IMG/VR virus record: IMGVR_UViG_3300029258_005088 | Origin: a virus | Length of the DNA: 64,000 nucleotides | Reading direction: 5' to 3' (one strand) | Part shown: in pieces, positions 26,175 to 35,926 of the stretch | Layout of the letters: each line of letters begins with the position of its first letter | Position numbering within the stretch: the stretch's first letter is position 1 | Program-made: the position numbers and the translations under genes | Notes under the pieces: generated by a model | What the model saw: only the letters and a program-made list of their open reading frames with translations | Told to the model about the DNA's origin: nothing | Database searches by the model: none

Positions 26175-27626
26175 TCAGGTTGTGACCTGGTTGTGAACGA
26201 TTACGCGATGTGCATACTTGTCCACCCCGAGGCCAGCCATGAACGCTACCTGATATTTGGCGTATTCTTTCGCCAGGTACCGAGACTCAGCTCTCTGTGT
26301 CGGTGCTACAAGCAGACTCGCCCTCTTGCTTAGACCAGGGCCGCCGTTGATCGAGATCTTGATGATCCTTTTCTTTACCGGCCCATCTGCGGTTGAAAAG
26401 CCGTCGACCAATTTGCCGACCGTCTCTTCCAACCCCGTCCAGTGTCGGGGAGATAGTGGAACGTACGAAGAATCTGAGAAAACGTCGTTGTCTCCACTGC
26501 CTGCTAACTCTGAAAATACTCTTTTTACGCAGCAAGGCAAGTCTTTTGCATTATTTATATCCGATTTAGGCATCTTCAATATCACGCTGCAGAAAGCCTT
26601 CGGAGGCAGAAGAACCTCCTGTTTCTGTAACGCGGCGAGGACGTCTCCGACCGGGTATTGCTTCAATTCTTCAAGGGTTTCGTCGTCGAGATGGTTGTCC
26701 TGGAATGCGTCAGCCAGATCTGATTCTCCCGGGCCCATGCCCTTTGCATGGATCTCCTTCTCGATCTCCGCCGCCTTGGCGAACGCCGCGGCATGTTTCT
26801 GCTCCAGCTTGTCTCCGATCTCTCCGATCATGGAGAGAGGAAGCCAGATGGCATTGGGATCCTCCGGTGCCGGCAGGACTCCATCGGAGGCTACCTTGGA
26901 CAGGGTATATGCCGCACGGAATGCAGGGACACGAACTTCGGAGATGTCGTGGAGGTGCGGCTGGTCGTTTATGGCGGCGGCCTGGTGGCCTTCCTTGGAC
27001 AGCGACATCTTCTGATACTTGAGGTGATCGCAGTAACCCTTCTTGGTCTTCGCCTGGTTTCCGCAGATCGTGCAGATATCGTACGGAACTCCGCAACCCA
27101 TGGACCAGGTAACGTGGTCTCCGTTGGCGAGCTTCTGCAGGGAAGGTCCCCAGAGATCGTTCGGGAGCTTGACCACGAGCTCGCCTCGATGCATCACGGG
27201 ATTGTACCATTCCGCATGGATGCTTCCAAGCTCCGGGCCGCCCTTCTTCGAGTTGTTGTGCTCGCGATAAACGGCGCCATACTTCATGAAGGTTCTGTGG
27301 AACTTCTCCAGACCTCCGTCCAGCTCTATGCGACAGGGCTTGCCCGTCATGTGGTGTTCCGGAACCTCGTACGAAGCGGTCTTCTCGTTGAACCAGTCGG
27401 CGTTGTTGTTGGCGCCGTAGTATTCGCCTGCCCCCATCGTGATGAGATGGACGAAGCTATGACCCGGCTCCGGTGTGACGTCGATGTGCATTACCTGGTC
27501 GGATCCCGCTACCTTCTGAAGGAACTGAGCCTGTCCGAAGTCGATTCCCTTGCTATGCACCTTGAGCAAATGCGCAGTGGGTATATCCCGGAACCAGGAC
27601 GATGGAATGAATCGCTTGTGTATCAT
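26175..27626 (-). CDS. Prohead maturation protease with Zn-finger insert
   Basis: 483 aa. YREH, TWSMGC (candidate catalytic Ser) and LHDISEVRVPAFRAA (cf. HK97-type L-x-EIS-x-V-x-x-PA), with a CTIC...YCDH insert. Confidence 0.75.
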   Translation of the reverse strand: MIHKRFIPSSWFRDIPTAHLLKVHSKGIDFGQAQFLQKVAGSDQVMHIDVTPEPGHSFVHLITMGAGEYYGANNNADWFNEKTASYEVPEHHMTGKPCRIELDGGLEKFHRTFMKYGAVYREHNNSKKGGPELGSIHAEWYNPVMHRGELVVKLPNDLWGPSLQKLANGDHVTWSMGCGVPYDICTICGNQAKTKKGYCDHLKYQKMSLSKEGHQAAAINDQPHLHDISEVRVPAFRAAYTLSKVASDGVLPAPEDPNAIWLPLSMIGEIGDKLEQKHAAAFAKAAEIEKEIHAKGMGPGESDLADAFQDNHLDDETLEELKQYPVGDVLAALQKQEVLLPPKAFCSVILKMPKSDINNAKDLPCCVKRVFSELAGSGDNDVFSDSSYVPLSPRHWTGLEETVGKLVDGFSTADGPVKKRIIKISINGGPGLSKRASLLVAPTQRAESRYLAKEYAKYQVAFMAGLGVDKYAHRVIVHNQVTT

Positions 27627-27635
27627 AACGGTCTC

Positions 27636-29225
27636 CTATAGATAACCGAGTGTCTGGAGCACGCCTTGCTGGGCGTTGTCGGCGTTGCCTACGTGATGTG
27701 CGGTAAGAGCATCTCGCACGGCATTCACCGGAACGGCGTTCTGACGGATGGCGTTCTGGAGGGTCTTCATGTCTCTGTCCACTCGCTTGTCCACCCTGTC
27801 CTCCTGCCTTTCCGCTCTGTCCCGTCGACGATCTCTGCGCTCGAGAGCCCTCTCGGCCTCGTTCGTGACGTTCGTGATTCCCTGTGTGAGAGCATCCGAC
27901 GCGGAGCCGACGTTCACGGCGAATGGCGCGACTTTCTGAGGCTTGTCCTTTTCCTTCTGAGCTTCGAGACGGAGCTTCTCCTCGAGGACTTTCTTCTCGG
28001 TGGCTTCATTGCCCTTGCGTAGCTTCTCGGATATCTCCAGCTCCTGCTTGATCTCGAATGGGTCCTTGATCCCGGAGCTCTGGAGGTTGCGGATCATGAG
28101 GTTCTTGAGAATGGAAGGCTTGTCGTATGCCTCCGGGACGCTCTGGACGGAATCGTTGTAAGCCTTCATCAGAGACTTCTGGTCGTAGTCCTTGAGGTCT
28201 GGATCGTAGAGAGCCAACAACATGAAGGTGCGCTTGGCATCGTAGGATTTCATGCGGTTGTAGAAGGCCGGATCCAGCTGCTCCTCTACCCGCTTAGACT
28301 TTTTTTTTGAGCCCATCATATCCTGCATCGCATCGGGACTCATGCCCATACCTGCCAGCATGTTGGCGATGGTATTGGCGGCCACCGATCCGACGAAGGG
28401 CTCCGCGGCTTTCTTCTCGAACATGTTGAGCTCCACCTCGGCGGACGCCATCTTCTCGGCGGCTTCGTAGAGGCTGGCGATGGATAGGTAAGGCTCCTTG
28501 GCACGGAAGACGATGTGGTTGGCCATCTTCTGGAGATTGTCCGGGACGTCCTTGCGGCTCTTGTGGGATAAAAGCGCGACCAGTCCGGGACCGGTCGTGG
28601 GATAGCCCGTGACGATGCGGCGTGCCATCTTTTCGAACTGGCGATCGGACATCCTCTGGGAGATGCCTACCACGGTGTTCAGGGACTGCTCGAAGGCGTA
28701 TTTATGCTCCTGGATCTTCATCCGTAGCTGCTCGCGCATGCCGTCACAGAATTGCTGATGCTCGATCTTGGCCTGTTTGGAAAGACGGTCTATGGTCTTT
28801 AGCTCGTCCTCGGTAGGCTCTCTCTTCGGATGGTAGTTCTCCATGGCGTCGGATTCCTCCGTTGCCGCCTTCTGCATGACCTTGTCCGAGAAATCGAAGT
28901 CTATGGCTTCGAAGCTGCCCTCTGGAAGAGCGAACTCGCTGGCCGTCTTCTGCGTGGGCTGGAAAATGTTCTGGATGACTACGGAAGGATCGACTATGTC
29001 GAAGGGCTGTGCCCTGTCTTCCTGCCCCGCGGTCTTGAAGACGTGTACCGACTTCGACTTGTTGAATGCTTCCGCCGCCCTCTTTATCATTTCCGGAGGC
29101 ATCTTGCGATCCGATGCTACCTTGGTCAAGGCTTCGTTGGGAGACATGCCGTCGTGCGTAAGCTGGATCGTATGCTCCACGTCCTTGATCAAGTCCTGTT
29201 GTTCGGGTATACTGAGCTGATCCAT
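27636..29225 (-). CDS. Putative prohead core protein
   Basis: 529 aa, helical, with many KxA motifs (TKVAS, FKTAG, QKTAS, EKMAS, EKKAA). Confidence 0.55.
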   Translation of the reverse strand: MDQLSIPEQQDLIKDVEHTIQLTHDGMSPNEALTKVASDRKMPPEMIKRAAEAFNKSKSVHVFKTAGQEDRAQPFDIVDPSVVIQNIFQPTQKTASEFALPEGSFEAIDFDFSDKVMQKAATEESDAMENYHPKREPTEDELKTIDRLSKQAKIEHQQFCDGMREQLRMKIQEHKYAFEQSLNTVVGISQRMSDRQFEKMARRIVTGYPTTGPGLVALLSHKSRKDVPDNLQKMANHIVFRAKEPYLSIASLYEAAEKMASAEVELNMFEKKAAEPFVGSVAANTIANMLAGMGMSPDAMQDMMGSKKKSKRVEEQLDPAFYNRMKSYDAKRTFMLLALYDPDLKDYDQKSLMKAYNDSVQSVPEAYDKPSILKNLMIRNLQSSGIKDPFEIKQELEISEKLRKGNEATEKKVLEEKLRLEAQKEKDKPQKVAPFAVNVGSASDALTQGITNVTNEAERALERRDRRRDRAERQEDRVDKRVDRDMKTLQNAIRQNAVPVNAVRDALTAHHVGNADNAQQGVLQTLGYL

Positions 29226-29242
29226 CTCACGTTCTCCACGTA

Positions 29243-30172
29243 TTAGTTATCAATGGCCTTGTTCATCATTTTCTCTTCCAGTGCGGTATCGGGCTGGAAC
29301 TTCGGATTGAGCGTAGGCTCCGAAATACCGCTTCTGCTGGCTATCTTCTTCTCGAGGTCCGGGTCCAGGAACGCTTCTTCAAGCGTGGTGAGGATCTGCT
29401 GTGCAGTTCCCACGGCCGATCCGGATCCATCGCCATCTCCCAGACTCTTCCTTGCCTGCTCCATGTTCCACAGCCTGTCGGCCTGATCGAAAAGGGCCAT
29501 GGCCGGTTGGCTGAAACTGGCTCGAAGACTCGCAGTCTGGTGATATTCATTATAATAGCGTCTTTTAGTGCTAATTTCTCGCATAAATTTGACATAATCA
29601 TCGCTTAAGTCGGCGCCGCCCCTGAATTTTATCAGATCGTTTATGGCGTCGAAACCTCTGACGTAGGCGAAAGCCTTCCACGTAAAGTCGCAATCCGTGA
29701 CGGTATGCGTCGTATGAAGAGCGGTCGCCAGAATGGTGCAGAATATGGCGGCGGCGTTGTCTTTGTAATGCTCTATGTCGAAGTAGACCTTGCGAAACAT
29801 CTCGATGGTTGCGGCACCGTACAACGGATTGAAGGTATTGGCTATGTCCTTGTCGGAGGCGTCCGTCATGAGCATGGCCTCTATGAGCCACTTGTATCCG
29901 CCGGTGGGCCTGGAGTCGTGGAACAGCATGAAGGCTTCGTGCATTACCGGGTACTTTATCTGAAGTCTGCCGTTGTAGTGAACCAGGTCTTCCCGGCTCT
30001 CGTAGAAACGACATGCCTCTAGAAGCCACTCGTCCTTGGCGGCCATGCTTCTTCGAATGACCTCCTCCGGCAAGATGCCTTCCACGAGGCAGCGAAGCGC
30101 GATGTTCCATCTCCAGCAGGGTGCTCGGAGATAGTTCGGCTTCGCCGTCTCTGACTTCAGGATGTTGCTCAT
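29243..30172 (-). CDS. Hypothetical protein (head module)
   Basis: 309-aa coupled ORF; no family recognised. Confidence 0.6.
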   Translation of the reverse strand: MSNILKSETAKPNYLRAPCWRWNIALRCLVEGILPEEVIRRSMAAKDEWLLEACRFYESREDLVHYNGRLQIKYPVMHEAFMLFHDSRPTGGYKWLIEAMLMTDASDKDIANTFNPLYGAATIEMFRKVYFDIEHYKDNAAAIFCTILATALHTTHTVTDCDFTWKAFAYVRGFDAINDLIKFRGGADLSDDYVKFMREISTKRRYYNEYHQTASLRASFSQPAMALFDQADRLWNMEQARKSLGDGDGSGSAVGTAQQILTTLEEAFLDPDLEKKIASRSGISEPTLNPKFQPDTALEEKMMNKAIDN

Positions 30173-32316
30173 ACGCCGATATCTTCCGACAACTGCCCGA
30201 ACAATGCCTCGGAGGCATCCGGACTGTACGCCGTCTTCTCCTTCAGGAACAGTACCAGGTCGCCCGTGCTCTTGAAGACGTCGCGGAGAGTGTCCTCGAG
30301 CTTGGCCATGTCTTCCTTTCCGTAGCGATCTTCGAACTCGTCGTTGTGCCAGTAGAACAGGAACATCATGCGTCCGATCTTGTCCATGCCGCGGATCATG
30401 TCCACGATGTAGTCCTTTCGGAGATCGGAGACGTCGGCTTTGTCGATCAGGCCCTGCAGGACACTGACGTCGAAGACTTCCTTGACGCCGGCTTCGGCCG
30501 CCTGCATCGCACGCTCGATGGCTTGGTTCGGCATCATGGATCCGTCGGAGCGGCGTGCGCCGTCCAGGGGACGTCCGCTCTTGGCCTCGAACTCCGTTCT
30601 TACCGCGGTATCTTCCTTGGCGGAAGGACCGCCCATGAACGGAACCGGGCTGTCGCCGTATGCCGCCGTATCATAGGGAGCGGCGTGCTTGATCAGGAAT
30701 CCCTTTCTGTGGCCCATGGCGTCCTCTGCCTCTTTCATCAGGCGCTGTGCCGTGGCCGCCTGGATGCCGTGACCCAGTACGAGATGCTGCAGAGCCGCCG
30801 TCTTCTCGACGAGGCCGGTGTTGTTTTCCTTGTAGAATACCTGTGCGGTACCACCATCGGCATAGATCTCGATATGGTCGACGCCCGCTGTCTTGTAGAT
30901 CTGCTGAGCCACGGTCTCGGAATTGCCCAGTAGGATGTCCGGACGGTCGTCGTCCGTGAAGATGCGGGTGCCTTCGGGGATAAATAGATAACCGTCGGTC
31001 GCTTTCAGCCGTGCGTCGGAATCCACGAACTCGACGGCTACCTTTGTCGGGTCAAGACCATCGCCCGACCTGCTCCGGGCATTGTCGCCGGCCGTATTCG
31101 CGATACGAACGTAGACAGCGCCGTCGGGGGACTTGCCTTTCGGCAGGATCTCGGTCTCGAGAACACGCGAGGGGCTTTGAACGAGCATCACGTTGGTTCC
31201 CGGTTCGAGTCCCATAAGGGCCTGCTTCGTGGCTTTGCGTCCGCCTTGGATCGCAGTGATGGCCTTCTCCGGGATGCTTGTAGCCGGCTTGGAGAAAATC
31301 GACGTGGAGTTCATCCGGAGATAGTTTCTTGGCTTGCCGATATCGATCATGGCGACGGTCCGGCCGTTGTTCTGTTGGAACCTACGGTCTTCCATACCGG
31401 GCTGGCTGAGGGACACCGGACACAGAATGATGTAGGGCTTGAAAGTGCCGTCCAACATGAGTACGTCGTAGATGCCCGGACAGGTGGGGTTCTGGATGGC
31501 GGAGGAGTTGACCTCTTCCTGGAAGACCTTCGAGAAGCTGTGACGGTCGTCCTTGACGTAGATGCCCTTGTTCATGAGAAGCTCTTTCTCGCGGTTGGTG
31601 AGATCACGGGCTTCCTTGGACATCGGATCGGTATAGAACTTGACCTTCTGGTCCAGCTCCGGCTTCTGATCCATGGTCATCTGGGCGGCTTGCTTGGCGA
31701 GACCCTCGACCTGATCCAGATCGTAGAAGCGGAACAGACACTGGGCGAAATCGGGATTGTTCAGGAAAGTGTTGAGGAACACTTGAGCGGCTTCCTTGCC
31801 GAGAAGCTTGATGTCCTCGGTGAGATCCACGGCACGATACCCATCCGGGGTCGCACGCTTGGCCATCTTCTGCCAGTCCTCCGTATCGACCAGGGAATTG
31901 GCGTCGAACGCGGCCTTGCCCATACTGGAGTAGGGCTGGTAGACTCTGGTGTTGCCGGGGGTGGCGAAGATGTCGTTCTTGTGACCTTCCTCTCCCTGCT
32001 GGAAACCGTGGCCGAGAGCCGAGAGTCCTTCCTGCTGCAGAGCGGCGATCCAGTTGTCCATGGAAGGTACGAAGAGATCCTGTTGCTTGATCCACAACAG
32101 ATCGAATCCCTTGATCTCCCCTTTAAGGAAGAATACCGGGATGTACAACCACACGCCGTTCATGACGAAAGCCGCCACGCCGACTGCCTGTGTATCATCC
32201 TCGTTCTTGTCGATTATCTGAAAACCGACTCGGTAATCCACCAACGACGGCAACCGTTCATTGATCTGCGCATCAACGAGCTGCCCAAACTTTTGTTCGA
32301 AAGTAATCTCAGCCAT
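30169..32316 (-). CDS. Putative internal head / core protein
   Basis: 715 aa with RBS GAGGA and KxA motifs (AKRAT, AKQAA, YKTAG, EKTAA, IKHAA, EKTAY). Confidence 0.6.
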   Translation of the reverse strand: MAEITFEQKFGQLVDAQINERLPSLVDYRVGFQIIDKNEDDTQAVGVAAFVMNGVWLYIPVFFLKGEIKGFDLLWIKQQDLFVPSMDNWIAALQQEGLSALGHGFQQGEEGHKNDIFATPGNTRVYQPYSSMGKAAFDANSLVDTEDWQKMAKRATPDGYRAVDLTEDIKLLGKEAAQVFLNTFLNNPDFAQCLFRFYDLDQVEGLAKQAAQMTMDQKPELDQKVKFYTDPMSKEARDLTNREKELLMNKGIYVKDDRHSFSKVFQEEVNSSAIQNPTCPGIYDVLMLDGTFKPYIILCPVSLSQPGMEDRRFQQNNGRTVAMIDIGKPRNYLRMNSTSIFSKPATSIPEKAITAIQGGRKATKQALMGLEPGTNVMLVQSPSRVLETEILPKGKSPDGAVYVRIANTAGDNARSRSGDGLDPTKVAVEFVDSDARLKATDGYLFIPEGTRIFTDDDRPDILLGNSETVAQQIYKTAGVDHIEIYADGGTAQVFYKENNTGLVEKTAALQHLVLGHGIQAATAQRLMKEAEDAMGHRKGFLIKHAAPYDTAAYGDSPVPFMGGPSAKEDTAVRTEFEAKSGRPLDGARRSDGSMMPNQAIERAMQAAEAGVKEVFDVSVLQGLIDKADVSDLRKDYIVDMIRGMDKIGRMMFLFYWHNDEFEDRYGKEDMAKLEDTLRDVFKSTGDLVLFLKEKTAYSPDASEALFGQLSEDIGV

Positions 32317-32343
32317 TTCGCTTCCTCTTCTCGCTTCTCGGCT

Positions 32344-32361
32344 ACTTTATACGATTTTCTG
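32344..32361 (-). promoter_or_regulatory. Candidate promoter motif CAGAAAATCGTATAAAGT
   Basis: In the gap before 30169..32316; shares CAGAAAnTCGTATwA with the element at 35655-35673. Confidence 0.35.
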
Positions 32362-32378
32362 CCTCAAACAACCTCGAC

Positions 32379-34211
32379 CTACAATCTCGATGGGTCCATT
32401 AGCTTCGGAATCATCGATGTCTGCTCGTGCTTGCTGCTGGAGCCATGCCGAACTGCCTCCAACATCGAGCGCTTGACACCGAACCCGGCCAGACGCACTT
32501 TCCAGTCCGGGTCCTCCGCAGGAATCCCCATCGCTCTTGTGACGTGAGGTTCGAATGCGGGCTCTCGTTTGTTTGCAACGATAGTCTCCACACCTTCATT
32601 AGCAAGAAACTTAGCCACCTTGGGAGTGATTTTCGTTCCTATGCTATAGTGTAAAACTGGTTTCTCGAGATACTGGCCGACGCCTCTCTTCGGATTCATC
32701 GAAGCCGATCCTTGACGGGGTTCGTAGTTTCTCTGGAGGGTTCCGTAAGGAACCACGTCCCCTATGACGTACCCCTGCAGGCCGTCGGGATCCGTTACCT
32801 TTACCCTGTCGAAGAAAGCCCTGGAAAGGACCTCGACGTTCCGTCTGTGGGTCGGTACGGAGTTCTTCTTGAGTAACTCGTAGAACTTGTTCTGGAAATA
32901 CATGCGTCCCTCGCCCAAGCCCTTGTACTTGGCTATCTCCGCTGGGTTTGGCGTGCCCGAGGTAAGTACGTCTCCGGCATCGACTTCCTGGCCGGGGCTT
33001 ACCTGTATCTTTCTGCCCTCCGGTACGTGAAGCTGCTGATCGTCGACGAACATGTAATGGCCGCCCTGCGGTGCTTTGACTATCTGGCGCACCTTCCCGG
33101 ACTTGGGAGCGAGTACGGCGGCGCCTCGGAACATCTTGGGCACCTGCACGAATTGATTGATCTCGTCGAATCCCTCGACGTTGTCGGAGTTGACGCCCAC
33201 GACTCCTCCGGTATGTTTGGCCGACAGAGCCATGCCCTGGGTCATCGGCTCCGATACCACGCGTCCCACCTCGATGCCTATCTGGGTGCCTATCGCCGGG
33301 AACGTTCCCTTCTCCCGCTTTCCAGAACATTTCTGGCAGACGCCTTCTTCCTGCTGGCACGTCAACAAGCTGCGTACAAGTGGCTTCTTCCCCCTCAGTT
33401 TCGGCAGGTGCCTCTTGTCGATAACCGTCCCCGCCGGTATGCCGTTCACGGTGCGGGAAAGGACGGCTCCGAGGATCTCGGGGTCGTCCCCGTCCACGAG
33501 TATTCCGACGTCATCGGCTCCACAGTCTTCTCCCATCACTCGGACGTGCTGGGACATGGCGGTTAGCTGCTTTCCCAGGAAGCCTGTCTTGGCGGTTGCG
33601 AACTGGACGTCGGCATATCCCTTTCTCGAGGCATAGGATCCGGCCCAGTATTCGGCGGGGGTGACGCCCTCTCCGTAACCATGCAGTCCGGGAATCGGAA
33701 CTGGACGACCCTTGTGGTCTGCGACCAGCATGTCGCCGAACATAAGCTGTATGACCTGCGTCGGGGATCCGCGAAAGCCCTGGGACAGTGCAAGCCCGTA
33801 GGCGTTGTCCCTGCCTTCGAGCTCTTTCATCAGCATGCTCTGGATGGTGGGCATCGCCTTCTTCATGGTGTCTACGATGCGCTTCTGCTTGGTATCCGCG
33901 GACATGCTGGGATTCTGTGCTATCTCCCGTATCCTGCCGCGCAGCTCCTTCCTATAGGCCTTGGTTCTCGGAGGCAGCTCTAGATCTTCCAGACGAAGGC
34001 TGGCGGGGCCCCCGTATTCGGTTCCGGCCACTCTGCTTACGTTGTTGAGGTTCTGCAGAACGTCGACGTACTTTTCGGGATGCTTGTCGGCGAGCTCCTG
34101 AAAGAACTGGGAACTGGACTTCATGTTGAATACTCGATCGCGATCCCGCATATCATCCGGGATCGCTCTCTCGACTAAAAGTCGTCCTATTGTCGTCGCG
34201 TTCTGTGGCAT
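32379..34211 (-). CDS. rpoC: DNA-directed RNA polymerase beta-prime, C-terminal half
   Basis: TTIGRLLV start, bridge helix ATAKTGFLGKQL, Zn site EDCG...RSLLTC...GVCQKC, trigger loop SEPMTQGMALSAKHTGG, and a switch region near the C-terminus. Confidence 0.93.
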   Translation of the reverse strand: MPQNATTIGRLLVERAIPDDMRDRDRVFNMKSSSQFFQELADKHPEKYVDVLQNLNNVSRVAGTEYGGPASLRLEDLELPPRTKAYRKELRGRIREIAQNPSMSADTKQKRIVDTMKKAMPTIQSMLMKELEGRDNAYGLALSQGFRGSPTQVIQLMFGDMLVADHKGRPVPIPGLHGYGEGVTPAEYWAGSYASRKGYADVQFATAKTGFLGKQLTAMSQHVRVMGEDCGADDVGILVDGDDPEILGAVLSRTVNGIPAGTVIDKRHLPKLRGKKPLVRSLLTCQQEEGVCQKCSGKREKGTFPAIGTQIGIEVGRVVSEPMTQGMALSAKHTGGVVGVNSDNVEGFDEINQFVQVPKMFRGAAVLAPKSGKVRQIVKAPQGGHYMFVDDQQLHVPEGRKIQVSPGQEVDAGDVLTSGTPNPAEIAKYKGLGEGRMYFQNKFYELLKKNSVPTHRRNVEVLSRAFFDRVKVTDPDGLQGYVIGDVVPYGTLQRNYEPRQGSASMNPKRGVGQYLEKPVLHYSIGTKITPKVAKFLANEGVETIVANKREPAFEPHVTRAMGIPAEDPDWKVRLAGFGVKRSMLEAVRHGSSSKHEQTSMIPKLMDPSRL

Positions 34212-34212
34212 G

Positions 34213-34791
34213 TCAGTTCTTGCTGAATATTGACGCTAGGGAGCGGTAGGTCGAATCAAGAGGACTCATGAACGGGTTCAGGCTCACACGTCCCTCGAGC
34301 TCGTCCGCGGCTACGGCACTCCTCTCCGCCAGGTCCAGGAACACCTTCTTGTTACGCTCGTGCTTGGCGTGATTGGCGAGGTACCTGTAGCCCTGCTCTC
34401 TGGCTCTATAGGTCTTCGCCGTCTGGTACTCGGCGGCCACCGGCCGTATCGATCTCCTCGCCAACCTGTTTGCTACGTTGCCTCCTCGGGCCGGGATGTC
34501 TCCGTACATGCCCTTCGGAAGCAGCTTGTCGGTTGCCAGGATCTCCTGCTTGGAGGGATCTCCCGTGGGTTTGTGCGTCTCGAGGTAACGAAGATGACCC
34601 TCGGGAGTGGAGATGTCTCCGGGCTCTCCCTTCAAGTACTGCCCCGTCAACAGTCCGGCACCGGCTCCGAGGCCACCGCCTATGAGCATGTTCTTGGCGG
34701 TATGGTCTTTCTTGTCCAGGATGCGTCTGGCGACAAGAACTCCGATAGCCGCCCCGATGGGGGTCGTAACTAGACGAGGGTCGATATTCAT
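34213..34791 (-). CDS. Glycine-zipper membrane-helix protein
   Basis: 192 aa; PIGAAIGVLVA and LIGGGLGAGAGLL helices. Confidence 0.6.
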   Translation of the reverse strand: MNIDPRLVTTPIGAAIGVLVARRILDKKDHTAKNMLIGGGLGAGAGLLTGQYLKGEPGDISTPEGHLRYLETHKPTGDPSKQEILATDKLLPKGMYGDIPARGGNVANRLARRSIRPVAAEYQTAKTYRAREQGYRYLANHAKHERNKKVFLDLAERSAVAADELEGRVSLNPFMSPLDSTYRSLASIFSKN

Positions 34792-34795
34792 GGCA

Positions 34796-35611
34796 CTACC
34801 TCAATTCGTTCATCTGGGAAAGGATGTGGGCCAGTTGATCCTTGTTGTCGGAAGCCATCTTCTCCGGCCCCATTTCCATGGGAACGGTTCCCATATCCAT
34901 CATCTCCGGGGGAGGCATTCCGCCACCTTCTCCGCCAGGTGCTTCGCCCATTGCCGCCATTACCTCCGGAGGAAGTGCGGGCATCCCGCCCTCGGCAGGC
35001 ATACCCATGTCCAGGGGAGGCATTCCAGCCTCTTCCATTGGAAGTTCTTCGGCACCCATTCCGGGAATTTCTCCGGCAGGCTTCAGGTTGAAATGGGACA
35101 TGAGCTGACCGACCATGGTCGAAAGCTCGTCCACCTGCTCGGCGAGTTCTCTGTTGGTGACGCGCCCGGAAGGCTTCTCGTCTTCATCTTCCTGGGCTCC
35201 TCCGATCTGCTGGAACAACGCCATGAGATCGTCTGAGTTCAGCATGATAGGCATGCCTCCTCCCATGGGATCCTCGGCACCTGCTTCGGGAGGCATCCCT
35301 CCAGCCATGGGATCGCCCTGAGGAGGAAGACCACCGACCATGGAAGGATCCATAGGAGGAGCGCCTCCGGCCATTGCGGGATCGGGCATTCCGGGAACGG
35401 GAGGCATTCCGCCGGCCATGGCCATCGGATCCATAGGAGCGCCTCCTCCCATCGGCATGGGAGGTGCAGGCGGAGCCTGTCCACCGGCCGCCATCATTGT
35501 GGGATCCATCATCGTGGGATCCATTCCGGGCTGTCCCGGCATCGGCCCCGGAGGGGCGTACGCCTGCTTGCCCATGAGAACTGTGTTCAGCAAATTCTTG
35601 TCTAAAGGCAT
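34796..35611 (-). CDS. Pro/Met/Gly-rich low-complexity protein
   Basis: 271 aa with RBS AAGGAG, MDP/GGMPP repeats around a short helical core, and KxA motifs near both ends (GKQAY, EKMAS). Confidence 0.65.
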   Translation of the reverse strand: MPLDKNLLNTVLMGKQAYAPPGPMPGQPGMDPTMMDPTMMAAGGQAPPAPPMPMGGGAPMDPMAMAGGMPPVPGMPDPAMAGGAPPMDPSMVGGLPPQGDPMAGGMPPEAGAEDPMGGGMPIMLNSDDLMALFQQIGGAQEDEDEKPSGRVTNRELAEQVDELSTMVGQLMSHFNLKPAGEIPGMGAEELPMEEAGMPPLDMGMPAEGGMPALPPEVMAAMGEAPGGEGGGMPPPEMMDMGTVPMEMGPEKMASDNKDQLAHILSQMNELR

Positions 35612-35654
35612 CGGTGTTACTCCTTATGTTGAAAACCGGCATGCATCTCAAGAG

Positions 35655-35686
35655 ATTATAATACGAGTTTCTGGTTAGTTTTACAA
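35655..35686 (-). promoter_or_regulatory. Candidate promoter
   Basis: TTGTAA-N17-TATTAT(AAT) in an AT-rich intergenic gap. Confidence 0.55.
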
Positions 35687-35692
35687 GTTAAT

Positions 35693-35926
35693 TCATGGTA
35701 AGCCCGCGTTCTTGTGCATGTACCCGTCCATGTAGCCTTGATCGAATACGGATGCTTTCTTCGACATCTTCTTGGACTTCTTCTTTTTCTTTTTGTCCTT
35801 GGGATTCATCTTGCGCTTGTTGGCGGTGGCATAGAACACGCGCTTGCCTTCTTCCTCGCCGTAACGCTCCTGCATCTCTTTCATGACCTTGTCGCCACTG
35901 CCTTTGTAATATTCCTTGACCGGCAT
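35693..35926 (-). CDS. Small basic protein ending in the GYMDGYMHKNA motif
   Basis: 77 aa; start overlaps the upstream stop; RBS GGAG. Confidence 0.65.
   Translation of the reverse strand: MPVKEYYKGSGDKVMKEMQERYGEEEGKRVFYATANKRKMNPKDKKKKKKSKKMSKKASVFDQGYMDGYMHKNAGLP

Noticed and set aside
26257-32547. Plus-strand ORFs of 252-456 aa opposite the protease and core genes
   Set aside because: Antisense shadows with no independent evidence.
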